Assembly (NCBI RefSeq): GCF_009914755.1
Contig: NC_060947.1
From: the human T2T-CHM13v2.0 reference genome, Homo sapiens
Direction: 5' to 3' (one strand)
DNA: 64,000 nt
Of the stretch, positions 25,341 to 38,364 are shown one piece after another (positions within the stretch are counted from its first letter, which is position 1; each line of letters starts with the position of its first letter). A program made the position numbers and the translations under genes. The notes beneath the pieces were generated by a model. The model was not told where the DNA came from. It searched no databases and saw nothing but the letters and a program-made list of their open reading frames with translations.

Positions 25341-26029
25341 ATTACAGCTAGTCCCCTCGCTTTATGTTCCTCGTTAGACTTGAGGCTCAACTAAGGCATT
25401 CAGGAACCGAAACACCCAATCAAAACATAAGCTCTTACTCAGACGAGTGGTTAGTGCGCAAAATATAAAGAAATCCCAGGTGTAACATATATAACATAAA
25501 TATATATTAACATATGTACTAATTGCTCTTCTCTCCTGGAGAGGTATCCAGATATTTGTTGAAATGACATTAGCTAGAGTTTAAGCTTACCCTCACATCC
25601 TCAATATGAATTCCACTTGTGGTCCAGATTTATAATAAAAAACATTGGTAGGTAAATTTTTTTTATTAATTTAGGTTAGAATCAGTCAGGTAATTGAGCT
25701 ATATAGACATAAATTTAGAAGCGTAATGTTTGTGTTAACTTTAATCCTTTCCCTTCCAGGATTTTTGCTCCTTACTGGAATATCTGCTCACAGCTGTCAA
25801 GGGATGTTTAGTTTCATTCTACTTTAGGTACATTATTGTTAATTTTTTTTTAGGTGTTCTTTTTTTCTTGGTGAAAGTGGGCTGTTTTAAATGTGTGCTT
25901 TGAGTATTCAAATAAAACAGAATTTTCATCTCCTAAAAGTTAGGGTAAAGAGAAAGCAAGAAATATTTCTTTTTTGACTTGCATGCTTTTCTCCTGAAAC
26001 TCCATGCAGTAAATAAAGAACATTGGAAC

Positions 26030-26061
<32 letters not shown>

Positions 26062-27193
26062 CCACTGCATCATGTCTTGTCACGTTCTGCTCACCCCTAC
26101 ACCTGATTTCAAATGTAAATTGCATGGCATTTAGCGCTAATGAAAATACTCTAGTGAAGGAAATTGTTAAGATTTTCTGGTGCTCCCCTAGGGGTAATAT
26201 TAAAAACCCCGTTACTAACATCTCACTCTGAGAAGACAAAAATGTGCACTGAGAATACAAAAGCCCTGTTGGCATCTAAATGTGGGCCAATTAATTTGCT
26301 GTTATTGACGTGTGGATTTATGAGGAGATGTAAAAGTAGGACCCAGGAAAGCTATTGAGATCCTCGTACTGCGGGACTTCTTGACCCTGGATTTTCAATG
26401 CTTGCCTAATCATGGCATTCTGCTTTCTATTTATTTATACAGTTGCTTCAATGAACAAATTAATAATTATACAGCACATTGACAAACATGCCGGGTAATA
26501 TTTGCCAGATTTTAAATTAATTTAATTCAAGGGCCACTTCATTTACAGGATTCATCTGCACATCAGGCATCAGCCTTACCTCGTTGCTATTCATGCTATA
26601 CCAAGATTTTTCATCGTTTTCTCCCTTCTTTTCTTCTCTACAGACAAAGACAGCACAACTTGCCATGCCAAATAAATAGACACTAACAGGCAGGTGGAAG
26701 ACAGATAGATGACAGACAAATAGGAATATAGATAAATGCACAGATGACATAAATTTAGAAGGAAGGATAATAGCTGTTACTATGATATGTGGAAGACAAT
26801 TAGATTCCACTAAAATCTTGTATTTATTTTCTCTTTAGCTCCAATTTGCAATTTATCTTCTCTTGTTTTGCACCCACAAGCCTTCTTCACAATTTACAGA
26901 CTGGAAATTCAAATGGATAGCTTATAGTTCCAGAAATGATCACTCTTCTTGGAAACAGAAAAAAAAAACATGTAAAAATGGAACTTCATGGGCTTAGGAA
27001 GCCAGGCAAAATTCTGGGTTGCTTTATATATCAGTGAGGTTTGAGTGAAAGTGAATGACAAGATTGGATTGCAGAGAAGGGGTCAGTTACTTTTAGGAAA
27101 ATCGCAATTGAAACGTCGGACATAATTGTACTTGGGTTTGTAAGAAAGAAAAAGGGGTTTTAATTTACTTGTATATTATCATATACACAGTGA

Positions 27194-27574
<381 letters not shown>

Positions 27575-28929
27575 ATATATGTCTTCATTACATATGTTGT
27601 TACTGATTGAGCCAGGGTTTCTGCCATTTAAAGCCTGGACCTCAAATATGTTATCTTATGTTCATGGACAGTAATGAAATCTAATGGAGTGTTAAGTTAG
27701 CTCAAACAAGAGAACCGTAAACCAGACTCCAATGAGGAAGTTTGCAAATTATTTTTCATGCTGCTGGCATTGGGCATTAACTGGTCATAGTTGGCCCACA
27801 GGCTTTATAAATCAGTTGGCCATTCATTGTTAGGGGGAAACAAAATTTTTCCTACATATTCTTCACAAATTGTTACATATCCTGGGTATGGATCAATATC
27901 TATCACAAGAGTATGCTATGATTGGTAACCATTTTGAGTAAAACCATCACAGGATATGCTGTTTAATAATATATGCCACTGAAAATACAGACATAGATTA
28001 GTGTTGTGTGCATAATGTGTGTGTACCACAATATCAGGAGATATTTACTTTTTCTCGTGAATATGTTTATTCATTACAATTGATTTAGGTTATGTGTGTG
28101 GGCAGGGGATGGGGAATCCACAGGGTGATATTGATAATGATAAATCATTTCTCTTGCGGGAGAGAAGTATCAAAGCTAGCATTATATTGCAGAATCAGAG
28201 AACAATCTGCATATGTGCATAGTGCTTGTCTATCTGGAGTAAATTATTCTTAGAATACCGTATTTCCATTTTCTAAACAGAGGAGTATATTTAGGCACAA
28301 TGCTATAAGGTGGGTCTTTTTTTTTTTTAATGGAGCAACCATTTAGAGAAAATCAGGCAAAGACTAGGCAGATAATTTTAGTGCAAGCAGGCTTTTGCTT
28401 CAGTACCCGAGATAATTGTCTCAATCTCCTTTTTACTCTGCAGGGTCACAGATGTCGAAAGGCATTCCCACATGCAAGTGGAAATTGTGCAATACATAGC
28501 TCAGAAATTATGTGTCTTTTACTAAAAAAGATCAGGTAGACCTATATGCCATAATAATTATAAAAATTATACTAGCATTTATTTGGTTATATTAATATGC
28601 TATTTGTATTAACTAGTTTTACTAATTACCTAATTACTGCCTGCTAGGGTAATTACTTATCTTGATTAAATGAATGTTGAAAGGTGAACTCATAGTTATA
28701 AATTTGGTAATCATTTTTCTATCTAGACTAATAATACTGAGGGCAGATGCTCAATCCATTTAATACTCTCATTGATTGTCGAGCCAGAAGGACATTATAA
28801 GGTGTAGTTCATAAAACTAGTGTAACTAAATAGAAGATTGAAGCAAATAGGTATACATTAGAAGCACTTAGTAGTGTTCCCTTGATAAAAACGAGCATTA
28901 AAATGGGTGACTTGAAAGTCACTTTTAAA

Positions 28930-29130
28930 AAGGTATAGTGGAAAAGTGAAGATTTTGGCACCAGATGGACTTGAGTTTGAATCTTAGCTTCATACAGCTT
29001 GAGGAAAGCAACCTGACCTCTTTAAGCCTCATGTTCCTATTCTGCATAGTGCAGATATCGTATTTAATGTCAACTTCTAGTATTGTTGTGAGGAGTGAAT
29101 TAATGTGTGTAAAGTGTCTGGAACTGAAGA
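28930..29130 (+). mobile_element. MIR SINE
   Basis: gtatagtggaaaag...gagtttgaatcttagct...aagcctcatgttcctattctgc. Confidence 0.65.
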
Positions 29131-29344
29131 AGCCTCTTTTAAATCTACTGTGTTCTACTCTAAGATTTGGGTTTCATCATCTTGATATATTGTTTAACTT
29201 TTGATAATAAATCAAGTTTTGAAATAGAAGTTATTAGAATGACTGGTAATGTGAAGAAGACAGGATTCTCATTAGAAGTGTGCCTCAACTGCTTACCTCT
29301 GGTATCACCAACCCTAAAATGTCCTGGTTATAGAAGACAGGGAT

Positions 29345-29496
29345 ACACTTCCACATAAGCGTCACCTGTGTGAATATAAGCATCCTGAAAGTAGAAACTT
29401 AGTCCCTTTTAATTGTATATCTTCAGAACTTACACACCCAGTACAGTCTGCTTAAAGAATATTTGTTCATTGGATAAAGGAATTAACAGATGAATA
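29345..29496 (+). mobile_element. L2 3' end
   Basis: gaatataagcatcctgaaagtaga...aagaatatttgttcattggat. Confidence 0.5.
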
Positions 29497-32015
29497 TCTG
29501 TCTAGATGTTTACGTAGTAAATGCATCATATCCTTTGTGTTCTCCATGGCTCTGAAGTTCATTTTGGGTTCACAGAGTTTGTCTGTGTTCCTAGGATAAT
29601 AAGGCATTATCTCTGTGGGCATTATCTCTCTGACATTTTGCATGTCAGTGACTGCATGGATTGGTGTGGTTTATATTGAACGATTCTTAACAATGTAACG
29701 TTCAATAATGAAATACATCTTGTCTCCCTCCTGTCACCACAGGTATGCAATTTATTTTGCCTTCCGGTTCCCCACTGTTCCCAGTCTGCTGCTGCAGGCC
29801 GGCATGGCTGATCCTGAGACCAGGCCAGAAACAGGGACCCACTCATCCCAGAGGGGAGGTTGGGTGAATCTTTCTTAGTTGGTGCGGGGGCTCTCTCTTC
29901 CCACATTGAAGTGCTAGCTGTGGGGATTCAAAGGAGAGTAAGACAAAATCACTCCTTAAAAGAGTCCAGTGGACAAGACAACCAAATGAGTGATTGCAAC
30001 AATGCAGTAAATGTTCATGAGAACTGTTCAAGCACAGAAGAGGACCTTGCCCAACACTTCCTGAGATAACCTATTAGGAGGCATGCAGGCAACCTTTGAA
30101 TATCTTGTAAAGTGAAGAGCTTACTGGGTGGACAAGAGGGAAGGGCTAGTCCAACAAGTATCCTTGAGAGAGTCTGTACCATTTAGTACACTCCCTGCCA
30201 GCCCTCTCAAAGGCGTTGATCACAAGAAAAAGGTAGAGAGTGTGAGCATCAGTAACTGCAAGTAACACACGCATGGTGATGGTGCAAAGTTGAGTGTGAA
30301 CACTACCACCAGTGGTCATGGTGCATTGACAATTGCAGATACCACCATTCACCCTGATGGATGGAAATTGGAATAAAACACAAATGCAGGGGCGGGGGGT
30401 GGTGATTACTTGGACAATTTGTTTTATGGATGAATTTTTTCTTTTATGAAGCAACTGTTTTATATAGCAAGATGTTCCTTAGTGCATTTGGTAGGAATAG
30501 GGTTACATGTGATATTTCAGTGACACACTGATATTCTACAGAGAGGTGTGCCTACACAGTTCCCTGAATTCTTGTTTCACAAAAGGTCAGAGAGGTCCCT
30601 CAGTCCATAGGTCAGAAATACTGCTGGCTATTAGTTTCTCACTTAACCTACTGAACTGTAGTCAGTCTTTGCTTCCAGCTCTTACACAGACAAATAAATA
30701 AACAGAATGGGATCTTGCATTTTATGCAACACAAGCAGAGGGTGAAAAATTATTTTATTCTTTTTTTTTCAAGAGCTTTTAGGTAAGATTCCAATCATTT
30801 CTAATACCATTTAAACGCCCTTTAAGGAACAGCCTTCTCTCCCCGTAATTGACAGCCAAGACAACACCATGGGGGAAAGGAGGTGGAGAGGGACTGAGGT
30901 GTAGATGTACTTGACTGAAAAGCCTTTAAATTATGTTGTCAAAAAATTACAGCAACACCATTTTAAATGCTTTTCCTCCTATAATGCCCTTTCCTCCAAT
31001 CCCAATAGCTCTACTTTTGTTTGCTTTGTGTGATCCACCTACAAGATAAGGTTATGTTATGTTTTGGGGGTCGATTCTTACAATGTCAAACGGAGATCCC
31101 AACACTCCAGGCAGAGAATATTGGCTGCTAGTATAAGAGATAGTGTGTGGATTCCTGTTAACTATTTACCTGCTTTCAGGAACTCGCCTCTAACTGTACT
31201 GAGTTGTTATTGTGTGCTGAGAGTACCTTGAGCTTATAAAGTAGTCCTGATTTGAATTCTCCAGTAATGCTTTCCTTGGGGGTTCACTCTGAAAATCTGA
31301 GGAAGTTAAGAAACATAGGCAAACTAAGGCAGGAGGGGCTTCGAAACTCACTGCATTTAGAGACAATCTGACAGTAGCTGAGAAGTCAAGGCACTTCTTG
31401 GTCTAGAATGAGCATCCCCATAGGGAAATTTCAAACAGGCCATTTCCACACTCAGCAAGTGAGCAGAAATGTTGCCATCAGTAAGTAGAACCTTTAAATC
31501 AAAGCATTAGAAGCAGGAAGGACCTAAGAGGATCAGGATGCTGCCACCTGGTTTCTCACATCCTTAGAGACCCCAAGATGCAGATTCTCTTAGGGACTGA
31601 TGAGTCCTGTAGACTTAGTGTCAACCTCAGAGGCTCTCTGGCTAAGGTTGCAGCATTTGTCCATCTGTTCATCCATGTACTCATGAAACTCTGAGTATCT
31701 ACAATGTATCAGGCTTTGTGCTAGGTACTAAATGCTCTGTGTTTTAGAGCTCTGTGTTTTATAATCTAGACATTCAAGGGTATCACATACTTGTTTTTTG
31801 CCAGTAGAAATTCAGGACTTCCAGTCTTAGTCAATCCCTTAATGCCTCTTGTCATTCCTTTGACTTATTGGTGAACTCTTCTCCGAAAGTTATTTCAACT
31901 CTTCTTCACTCTCTTTGAGCCCACTCTTAATCTCTGAGCTTGCACATTTTTGGCAAACTATCATAAAATTAATCCTTCCCTCCTATATCCTTGAGAAAAT
32001 CGAGGCCAAGAGGTT

Positions 32016-32422
32016 TGTGGCAGAGACTAGTTAGTTATTCACCAAAACATTTCTTGTTTCCTACTGGAAACACTTTTTCAACTTCATTTGCAGTCTGGTG
32101 TGGCCATATGACTGAATTCCAACTAGTGTAATGTGGGCACAAGTGATTTATTTCAATGCCAACCCTGGTTAATAAAAACCATTCTAAGCTCGATCCTCCA
32201 TTCTTTCTCCCATCTTCCAATGGAATAGAGAGAACTCTTGAGAACTCAGAAAAGGGCAAAGCCATAAAATGGAAAAAGCCTGGGTGCCTGAGTCACTACT
32301 TGGAGGAGGGCCGACTATATGGACACCTGTACTGGATCTTGTGGAGGGGGAAATAAACGTTGTCTAGCCACTGAAATTTTGGGATTGTTTGTTGCAGCAC
32401 ATATCCTACTCTGACTAATTCA
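32016..32422 (+). mobile_element. MLT1J-like MaLR solo LTR
   Basis: tgtggcagagac...agccactgaaattttgggattgtttgtt...ctgactaattca; 5-bp TSD aggtt/aggta. Confidence 0.8.
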
Positions 32423-32469
32423 AGGTAATGACCTCACTCAACTTTCCCCCACATATCCTGCTAGTTCAC

Positions 32470-32620
32470 TTTATTTTTCCTGTCTTTCCCTGCACTAGAA
32501 TTCAAACTCCACAGGGGCAAAAATTTCTATTTGTTTTGTTCACTGGTATATCACAAGCACTTAAAATGGTGCCTGGCATATAGTGGGTGCCCAATAAGTA
32601 TTTACTGAATGAGTGAATCT
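32470..32620 (+). mobile_element. L2a 3' end
   Basis: ttttgttcactggtatatc...gtgcctggcatatagtgggtgcccaataagtatttactgaatgagtgaat. Confidence 0.8.
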
Positions 32621-32866
32621 ATTCAAGAAAGTGGCTTTTTCTCCATAAGTCTACTTCTGTCTTCTCTGGGTCTTCCCATTGTCAAATACTCTTTCACTGT
32701 GTCATGTTTCTTTTATTTCTCCCTTTCTATTGCCTATATTCCCTCAGCACTTGGTCTGTTCCATCCTAAAAACATTCTTCCTGTACCTCATATCTTTTTC
32801 TTAGCAGTTACTCTATATATCTATCCCTCCCACCATGTGTGCTAATTTTTAAAAAAGTCTACAATA

Positions 32867-33160
32867 GGCTGGGAGCAGTGGCTCACACCCGTAATCCCAG
32901 CACTTTGGGAGGCCAAGGTGGGCAGATCACCTGAGGTCAGGAGTTTGAGACCAGCTGGCCAACATGGTGAAACCCCGTCTCTACTAAAAATACAAAAATT
33001 AGCCAGGCGTAGTGGCACACTCCTGTAATCCCAGGTACCCGGGAGGCTGTGGCAGGAGAATGATTTGAACTGGGGAGGTGGAGGTTGCAGTGAGCCTAGA
33101 TTGCACCACTGCACTCCAGTCTGGGCGCCAGAGTGAGAACCCATCTCAAAAAAGAAAAAA
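32867..33160 (+). mobile_element. AluS element
   Basis: Full Alu; TSD aaaaaagtct(a/g)caata. Confidence 0.95.
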
Positions 33161-33254
33161 AAAAAGTCTGCAATAACTGTCTCTACCTCCCCATCTCCTA
33201 GCCATTTTGCAAGATACTGCGCCTCACTGCAGCTGTTCCTGAGGAGGCCAGACT

Positions 33255-34147
33255 AGGTCATTTACTTGTTTGCTCTCAAATCCATTCTTTGCTTTCTCCC
33301 TTTCAACTCTATTTTGCAGTGAACACTGCCATTGTCCGCTGGCTTCCAGGTAGGTTCAACTACGGGGTGCACTAGCAGAAGATCGGAGGGGAGGAGGAGA
33401 AGAGAAGCCAGGGTATTTCTCTCTTTCTCTCCTACTTTTGTTGTTATCTTTGGCCATGGCTGTGTCTTCTCTTTGGCTACAGCCCCTCACAAAGCCCTTT
33501 CTGTGGTATCAGTTACTGTAGGACAATCCCATAGCACTCTAACTTTAGCTGGGGTGACCCCAGATCTAGACTAGGGTAACATCCCTCCTCTCATTGTCCT
33601 GCAGCCGTAGGGATAATGATAGCTTCTTGCTGTTAATAATCTCTGGATTGGTTTATCATTCCCTATTTGGCTTTTCAGTTTTTCCATCACTGGTGTAACC
33701 ACTTCGCTGTATTGCATTTTCTTTGTTTGAAATACCTGGTACTGTGGACTGGATTGTGTGCCCCCATCCCAGATTTATATGTTGAAGACCTAACCCCCAA
33801 TGTGATGGTATTTAGAGATGGAGCCTTTGGGAGGTAATTAGGTTAGATGAGGTCATGAGGGTGGGGCCCTCATGAGTAGATTAGTGCCCTTATATGAAGA
33901 GACACTAGAGAGTTTTCTTCTCTCTCTCTTTTTTCCATGTGAGGACATGTTAAGAAGGTGGCCATCTGCAAGTCAGAAAGAGAAGCCCTCACTAGAACCT
34001 GATCGTGCTGTTACCCTGATCTCAGACTTCCAGCCTTTGGAACTGTGAGAAGATAAATTTCTGTTTTTGAAGCCACCCATTCTGTGGTATTTTGTTATGA
34101 CTGCCTGAGGTGGCTTCTCTTTTCCTGATTAGACCTTGACTGATATA
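33255..34147 (+). mobile_element. LTR33-like ERVL LTR interrupted by an MLT1A
   Basis: ggcttccaggtaggtt...gcagaagatcggagggg...agagaagccagggtattt...tttgaaatacct, then resumes gtggcttctcttttcctga...ttgactgatata. Confidence 0.65.
33743..34110 (+). mobile_element. MLT1A/A0 MaLR solo LTR
   Basis: atatgttgaagacctaacccccaatgtgatggtattt...gaggtcatgagggtggggccctcatg...tctgtggtattttgttatg. Confidence 0.85.
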
Positions 34148-34149
34148 GT

Positions 34150-35640
34150 CATCAATAATTTTCAATTCTTACTTACTTTATTTTACTACATTTAACCTTG
34201 TTGAAAACTGTTTTTAACCTTAGTAAACTTTCCTTCTATGGCTTATATGTTGTCTCTCTCTCTTGGTTCTTCTCCTACCTGTCAGACCATTCTTTCTCAG
34301 TTTTTCTCTAGCTAATTTTCTTTCACCCTCTCTTAAATATTCTTTGGATTTTAACCTTCTCATTTTACATGTTCTCCTTGGGCTACCTCATCAGATTCAA
34401 TGGTGTTAATCAAGTGATTTTCAAATCTGAGCTTCAGTTCAGATCTCTCTTCTGAGTTCTAGACCTATATATCCAACTATCTTCTAGATATCTCTGCCTG
34501 GATGTTGGATTCAACATATGAAAAATGCTCATTAATCTGTCCCCCAAACCTTCACTACCTGTGTTTCCTTTCCTTGTGAATGAAGTCTCACAAAAGCCAG
34601 GAATCTAAAAGTTATATGTGGCTCCTGATTCTCCTACCTGGCCCAACCATGTTTTAATGGGTCTTTACTTCTAAAAGTGTCACTCGAGCCTTTTCCTTGT
34701 TCTATATCCCCATCACTAATGATTTAGTTCAAATACACATCTTCTCTAGCATTTACTATGGCACAAAACTCTGTTTTGTTCTCTCTGCTTCTACTTTTGC
34801 CTTACCTCTCCATCCATGTTCCATATCGCCACCAGATTGATTTTTTCTTAAAAACAAATCTGATCATGTTATTTCTTTGTATAAAACAATTCAAAGGTTT
34901 CCCACTGCCTCATGAATAATCTCTGGATTATTCATCAATCTCATGTGTGGCAAACAAAGTTTTTCAGTGCTAGTATTTCTTGGTTACTGGAACTATAAAT
35001 ATCTCCCTCCACCTTCTTTAACAATGAGAGTGTGGAGGGGGCTCTGTGGCATGCATTTAGCTCTTCACATCTTGTGGATCTATTTTTGTCTAGATCCTTG
35101 GAGTTTTTTTTCAATCAGCCAAATGGTGGATGGGAAAAGAGGGATGAAGGTTGAATGTGAGAGGGTTTTTAATGGGCCAGGTTTGGAAGTGGTGCACATC
35201 ACTTCAGCTTACATTCAGAACTTAGTCATGTGGCAACATCTAACAGCAATCTGCAAGGGAAGCTTAAAATTTGAACCTGGCCATGTTCCCCCAAAGAAGA
35301 GGAACACTGGTGGTTTCTGCCACAATGAGCAAAAGAGAAACAATCTTTGCCACTTCATCCTTTAAAAACTAGTTCGGGAGTCACTTCTCCCAACCTTTGT
35401 AGCTTGAACTTGGAACTCTTGTCTTTGTAGCCCCACTATATTTTCCTCAATTGTGGTACTTACCGTGCTCTGTCTCACTTATTTCTTTACATGAGTGGCA
35501 GTGGGGAACTTGGGTGTGCGACTTGAGGATAGGAACAATGTTTTACTCTTTATAGTATCCTTGGCACCTAACACAGTGCCTGGACCATAGTTGATGTTCA
35601 AAAAAATTGCTTGAATTAATTATTAAGTGAATTAATTATA
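34150..35640 (+). mobile_element. L2 LINE, interrupted by an antisense MLT1 (about 34945-35320)
   Basis: L2 body (gacctatatatccaacta, aaaacaaatctgatcatgtt) and 3' end acagtgcctggaccatagttgatgttcaaaaaaattgcttgaatt. Confidence 0.7.
34945..35325 (-). mobile_element. old MLT1 (J/K-like) LTR
   Basis: gggccaggtttggaagtggtgcacatcacttc...gaacttagtcatgtggc...gcaagggaagct...tctgccaca. Confidence 0.6.
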
Positions 35641-36346
35641 ATTTGTTTGAAAAATATTTTTGATTTGCTTCAATGGTAGATATCTTTCTTAATGAATACC
35701 TTTGGCTAATTTCCATCAAGTCTCTGTTAATTTAATTTTGTTCTCATATTAAGTCCTCCATTGGGGCTTCATAGTCCATCAAGATAATATGATTCACCCC
35801 ACCTTAGATCACTCAATAATTAGGTTTTGGAGCTAAAGGGCAAATGCAAACACATTTTATCATTCAGGCAAGGAAACAGCCACTAATAAAGGCAGCTGTT
35901 GTCAATTGAGTAAGGAAGGCACTGGGTTCAAAGGAGGCATCAGCACAAGCACAGTTCTGAGTGGAGATCAACGCTGATGGATCAGGCCTTATCTGGTTCC
36001 TGGTTCACACAGCCTGCACAGTGGCCACCATGAGGCCAATGGGGATGGCAGCTGGAGGAAATAATCAGTGATTCTGCCTGGGCCACAAGTACTGTGTGTA
36101 CTTTGTAAGAATGATTCATCTAGTGCTCTTCAAAGGACCTTCTCTTGTATTGTGAGCTAGGGGCACATAGCTTAATGTAGAGAATTAAATTGTTCTCTAA
36201 TTGCTCAGTGTGCATAATCTTTTCCAGGCTGAAAGGTTGGAAGCATGTCTATAAAATGTCTTCATAAAACGTTTGCCTTTTTAAAACTTTGGTCGTTTAG
36301 CCTGATAGACACTTAGGGCACAAAGGGACTTTAGAAATAGTTTGGT

Positions 36347-36570
36347 CCAATGATCTTCAACTTCTGACACCCAGGATCCTGCAGAAGTGTGTTAAGGGGT
36401 TGGGATGGGAAGAGGGAAGGGAGGGGGATGGTGGTGGTAGGTAGGTCTGGCATGCCTGTTCAGATTTAGCCATAGCAGCTGCCTCTTGTTCACTTTGCTA
36501 TATGAGGGTTTTGGAAACTCTTTTTGGAAAAAAAGCGCTTCATTGCTAAAAGTCTGTGAAAATCTACTGA
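36347..36570. mobile_element. hAT-Charlie MITE (MER117-like) inserted into an antisense MIR (about 36310-36700)
   Basis: caatgatcttcaac...tgaaaatctactg termini; MIR resumes ttttacacataaggaaagtgagg...aagtcacatagctagttagtg. Confidence 0.5.
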
Positions 36571-37102
36571 TTTTTATAATCCCAGGTTTTACACATAAGG
36601 AAAGTGAGGATGAATGAATTAAAGTCACATAGCTAGTTAGTGATGGAGTGTGGTGGAAGTCAGATTCTCTATTTCCTCTGACCAGTGACTTTTCATGGAG
36701 GTACAATGATTCTTTCTGTCTAACTGACATTTAGAAGTAAATGAATTTACTTTAGGATGACTGTACTACACATTCGTGCACAATATATTCTTCTTTATCA
36801 CTTAATAAATCATTTATTTGTAAATCAATACACGTGTACTATACAGAATCTAAGAACTTAGACAATTTTAATAACCCATAAGCATGTTGATTCCATTTGC
36901 AGATTTAAATTTTGTATAAATAGCAGTCATTGCATACATATCTTAAGTGTACTTTGTTTATAATCACAGTTATGCTACCGATACTCCTCAGAAAAAAACA
37001 GATTCTTCTTGGTTTTAGCTGAAGTATTATCAACTCCAAATAACACTTTGAGGCCCTCCAAAGGTAAAGTACGAATCCTTTTGGCCATTTGTTTCCTAAG
37101 TC

Positions 37103-37145
37103 AGAGAGAGAGAGAGAGAGAGAGTGTGTGTGTGTGTGTGTGTGT
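37103..37145. repeat. compound (GA)n(GT)n microsatellite
   Basis: Read directly from the sequence. Confidence 0.95.
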
Positions 37146-38364
37146 TTTGAAGCAACAGTGTAACAATGTACCATTAGTAAAGCTGCTGTGTGAAATTATC
37201 CCTCAGGCCTATTCTAAGCTTATAGTTCAGTTGATTTTATTGTCCTCACCTAAGTATATGCAATTCACATATGGGAGAAAAACACTAAATCAGGATGGTT
37301 ATTTTTACTATTTTGCTTAAGATTCATATTTAAATATAAATCAAAAGCTAACCTACACAGTTTGAGAGATACTTTTTACATTAGAAATGTTTTTTAAAAT
37401 TTTAAACTGATACATAATTGTAAATATGGTATATGTACTGTTTCACATACAATGTACACAATATATTCTTATTTCAGATCATGGGCAAATAACACATGCT
37501 ATTCTAGAAAAAAGAAAAATTATACCCAATGATGAGCAGAATTTAAGTCCTTAGCAGCCATGAGAAGCACATTTGATTTGCTTTTAAATGCCCCTTATAG
37601 ATTGCATCGAACACCCTAAGCTACAAAACTTTAAGAAGGTGATGACTAGAACTTGACAAAGCCCCGCTGCTTCTCTGTCTCCCATTATGGAGAGTATGGC
37701 TCTGTTCAATAAATGCCCGTTTACTGCACCCAGAAATCGATTAAGAATAATAAGCAAGTTTGCAGATGCAGGGGACCAAAGGAGGGGGTGTCATTCTGCC
37801 TTTGTCCCTTCTGTTGTCAGAAAAGTGTTTCCTTCAACAATTAGCCACAAGGTGGCCGCAGCTCATCCCTTCACCTGCGCAGAAATGCTTCTGCTGCTCC
37901 CCACCCCTTTTTACATGAGGGGAATTTTAAGTACATTAAGCAGTGTTTTTGGAAGACAAGAATACATATGATTTCATCTTTAATCAGTGAATTTATGTTT
38001 TTTTATGAAATAGCTGAATGAAAAGCAACGAATAATATTTTCAGCTAAAAACGGATATAGCAAGACTTGTTTTTAAAAAAAAGCTCACAGGCAGTTTTAC
38101 TGGCTGTTTTGTTTTTTTAATCTTGAAATGAGAAGAGGAGATGATGCTGATATCTTGAGAGATCATATACACTATGAAATGTGTGTTTTTTTCTTCTGGT
38201 AAGCGGACGCTCCACTATGGTGTTCCTCAAGTGGTTATTCTGAAACTCTGAATCTCTATAGACCTTTATTTCAGTCTGCTTAGGGTAATGGTAGAAATGT
38301 GGGCACTGGTATCCAATGGACATAGGTGTAAAATATGGCTCATAAAAACCAGCACTGAAGTGTT

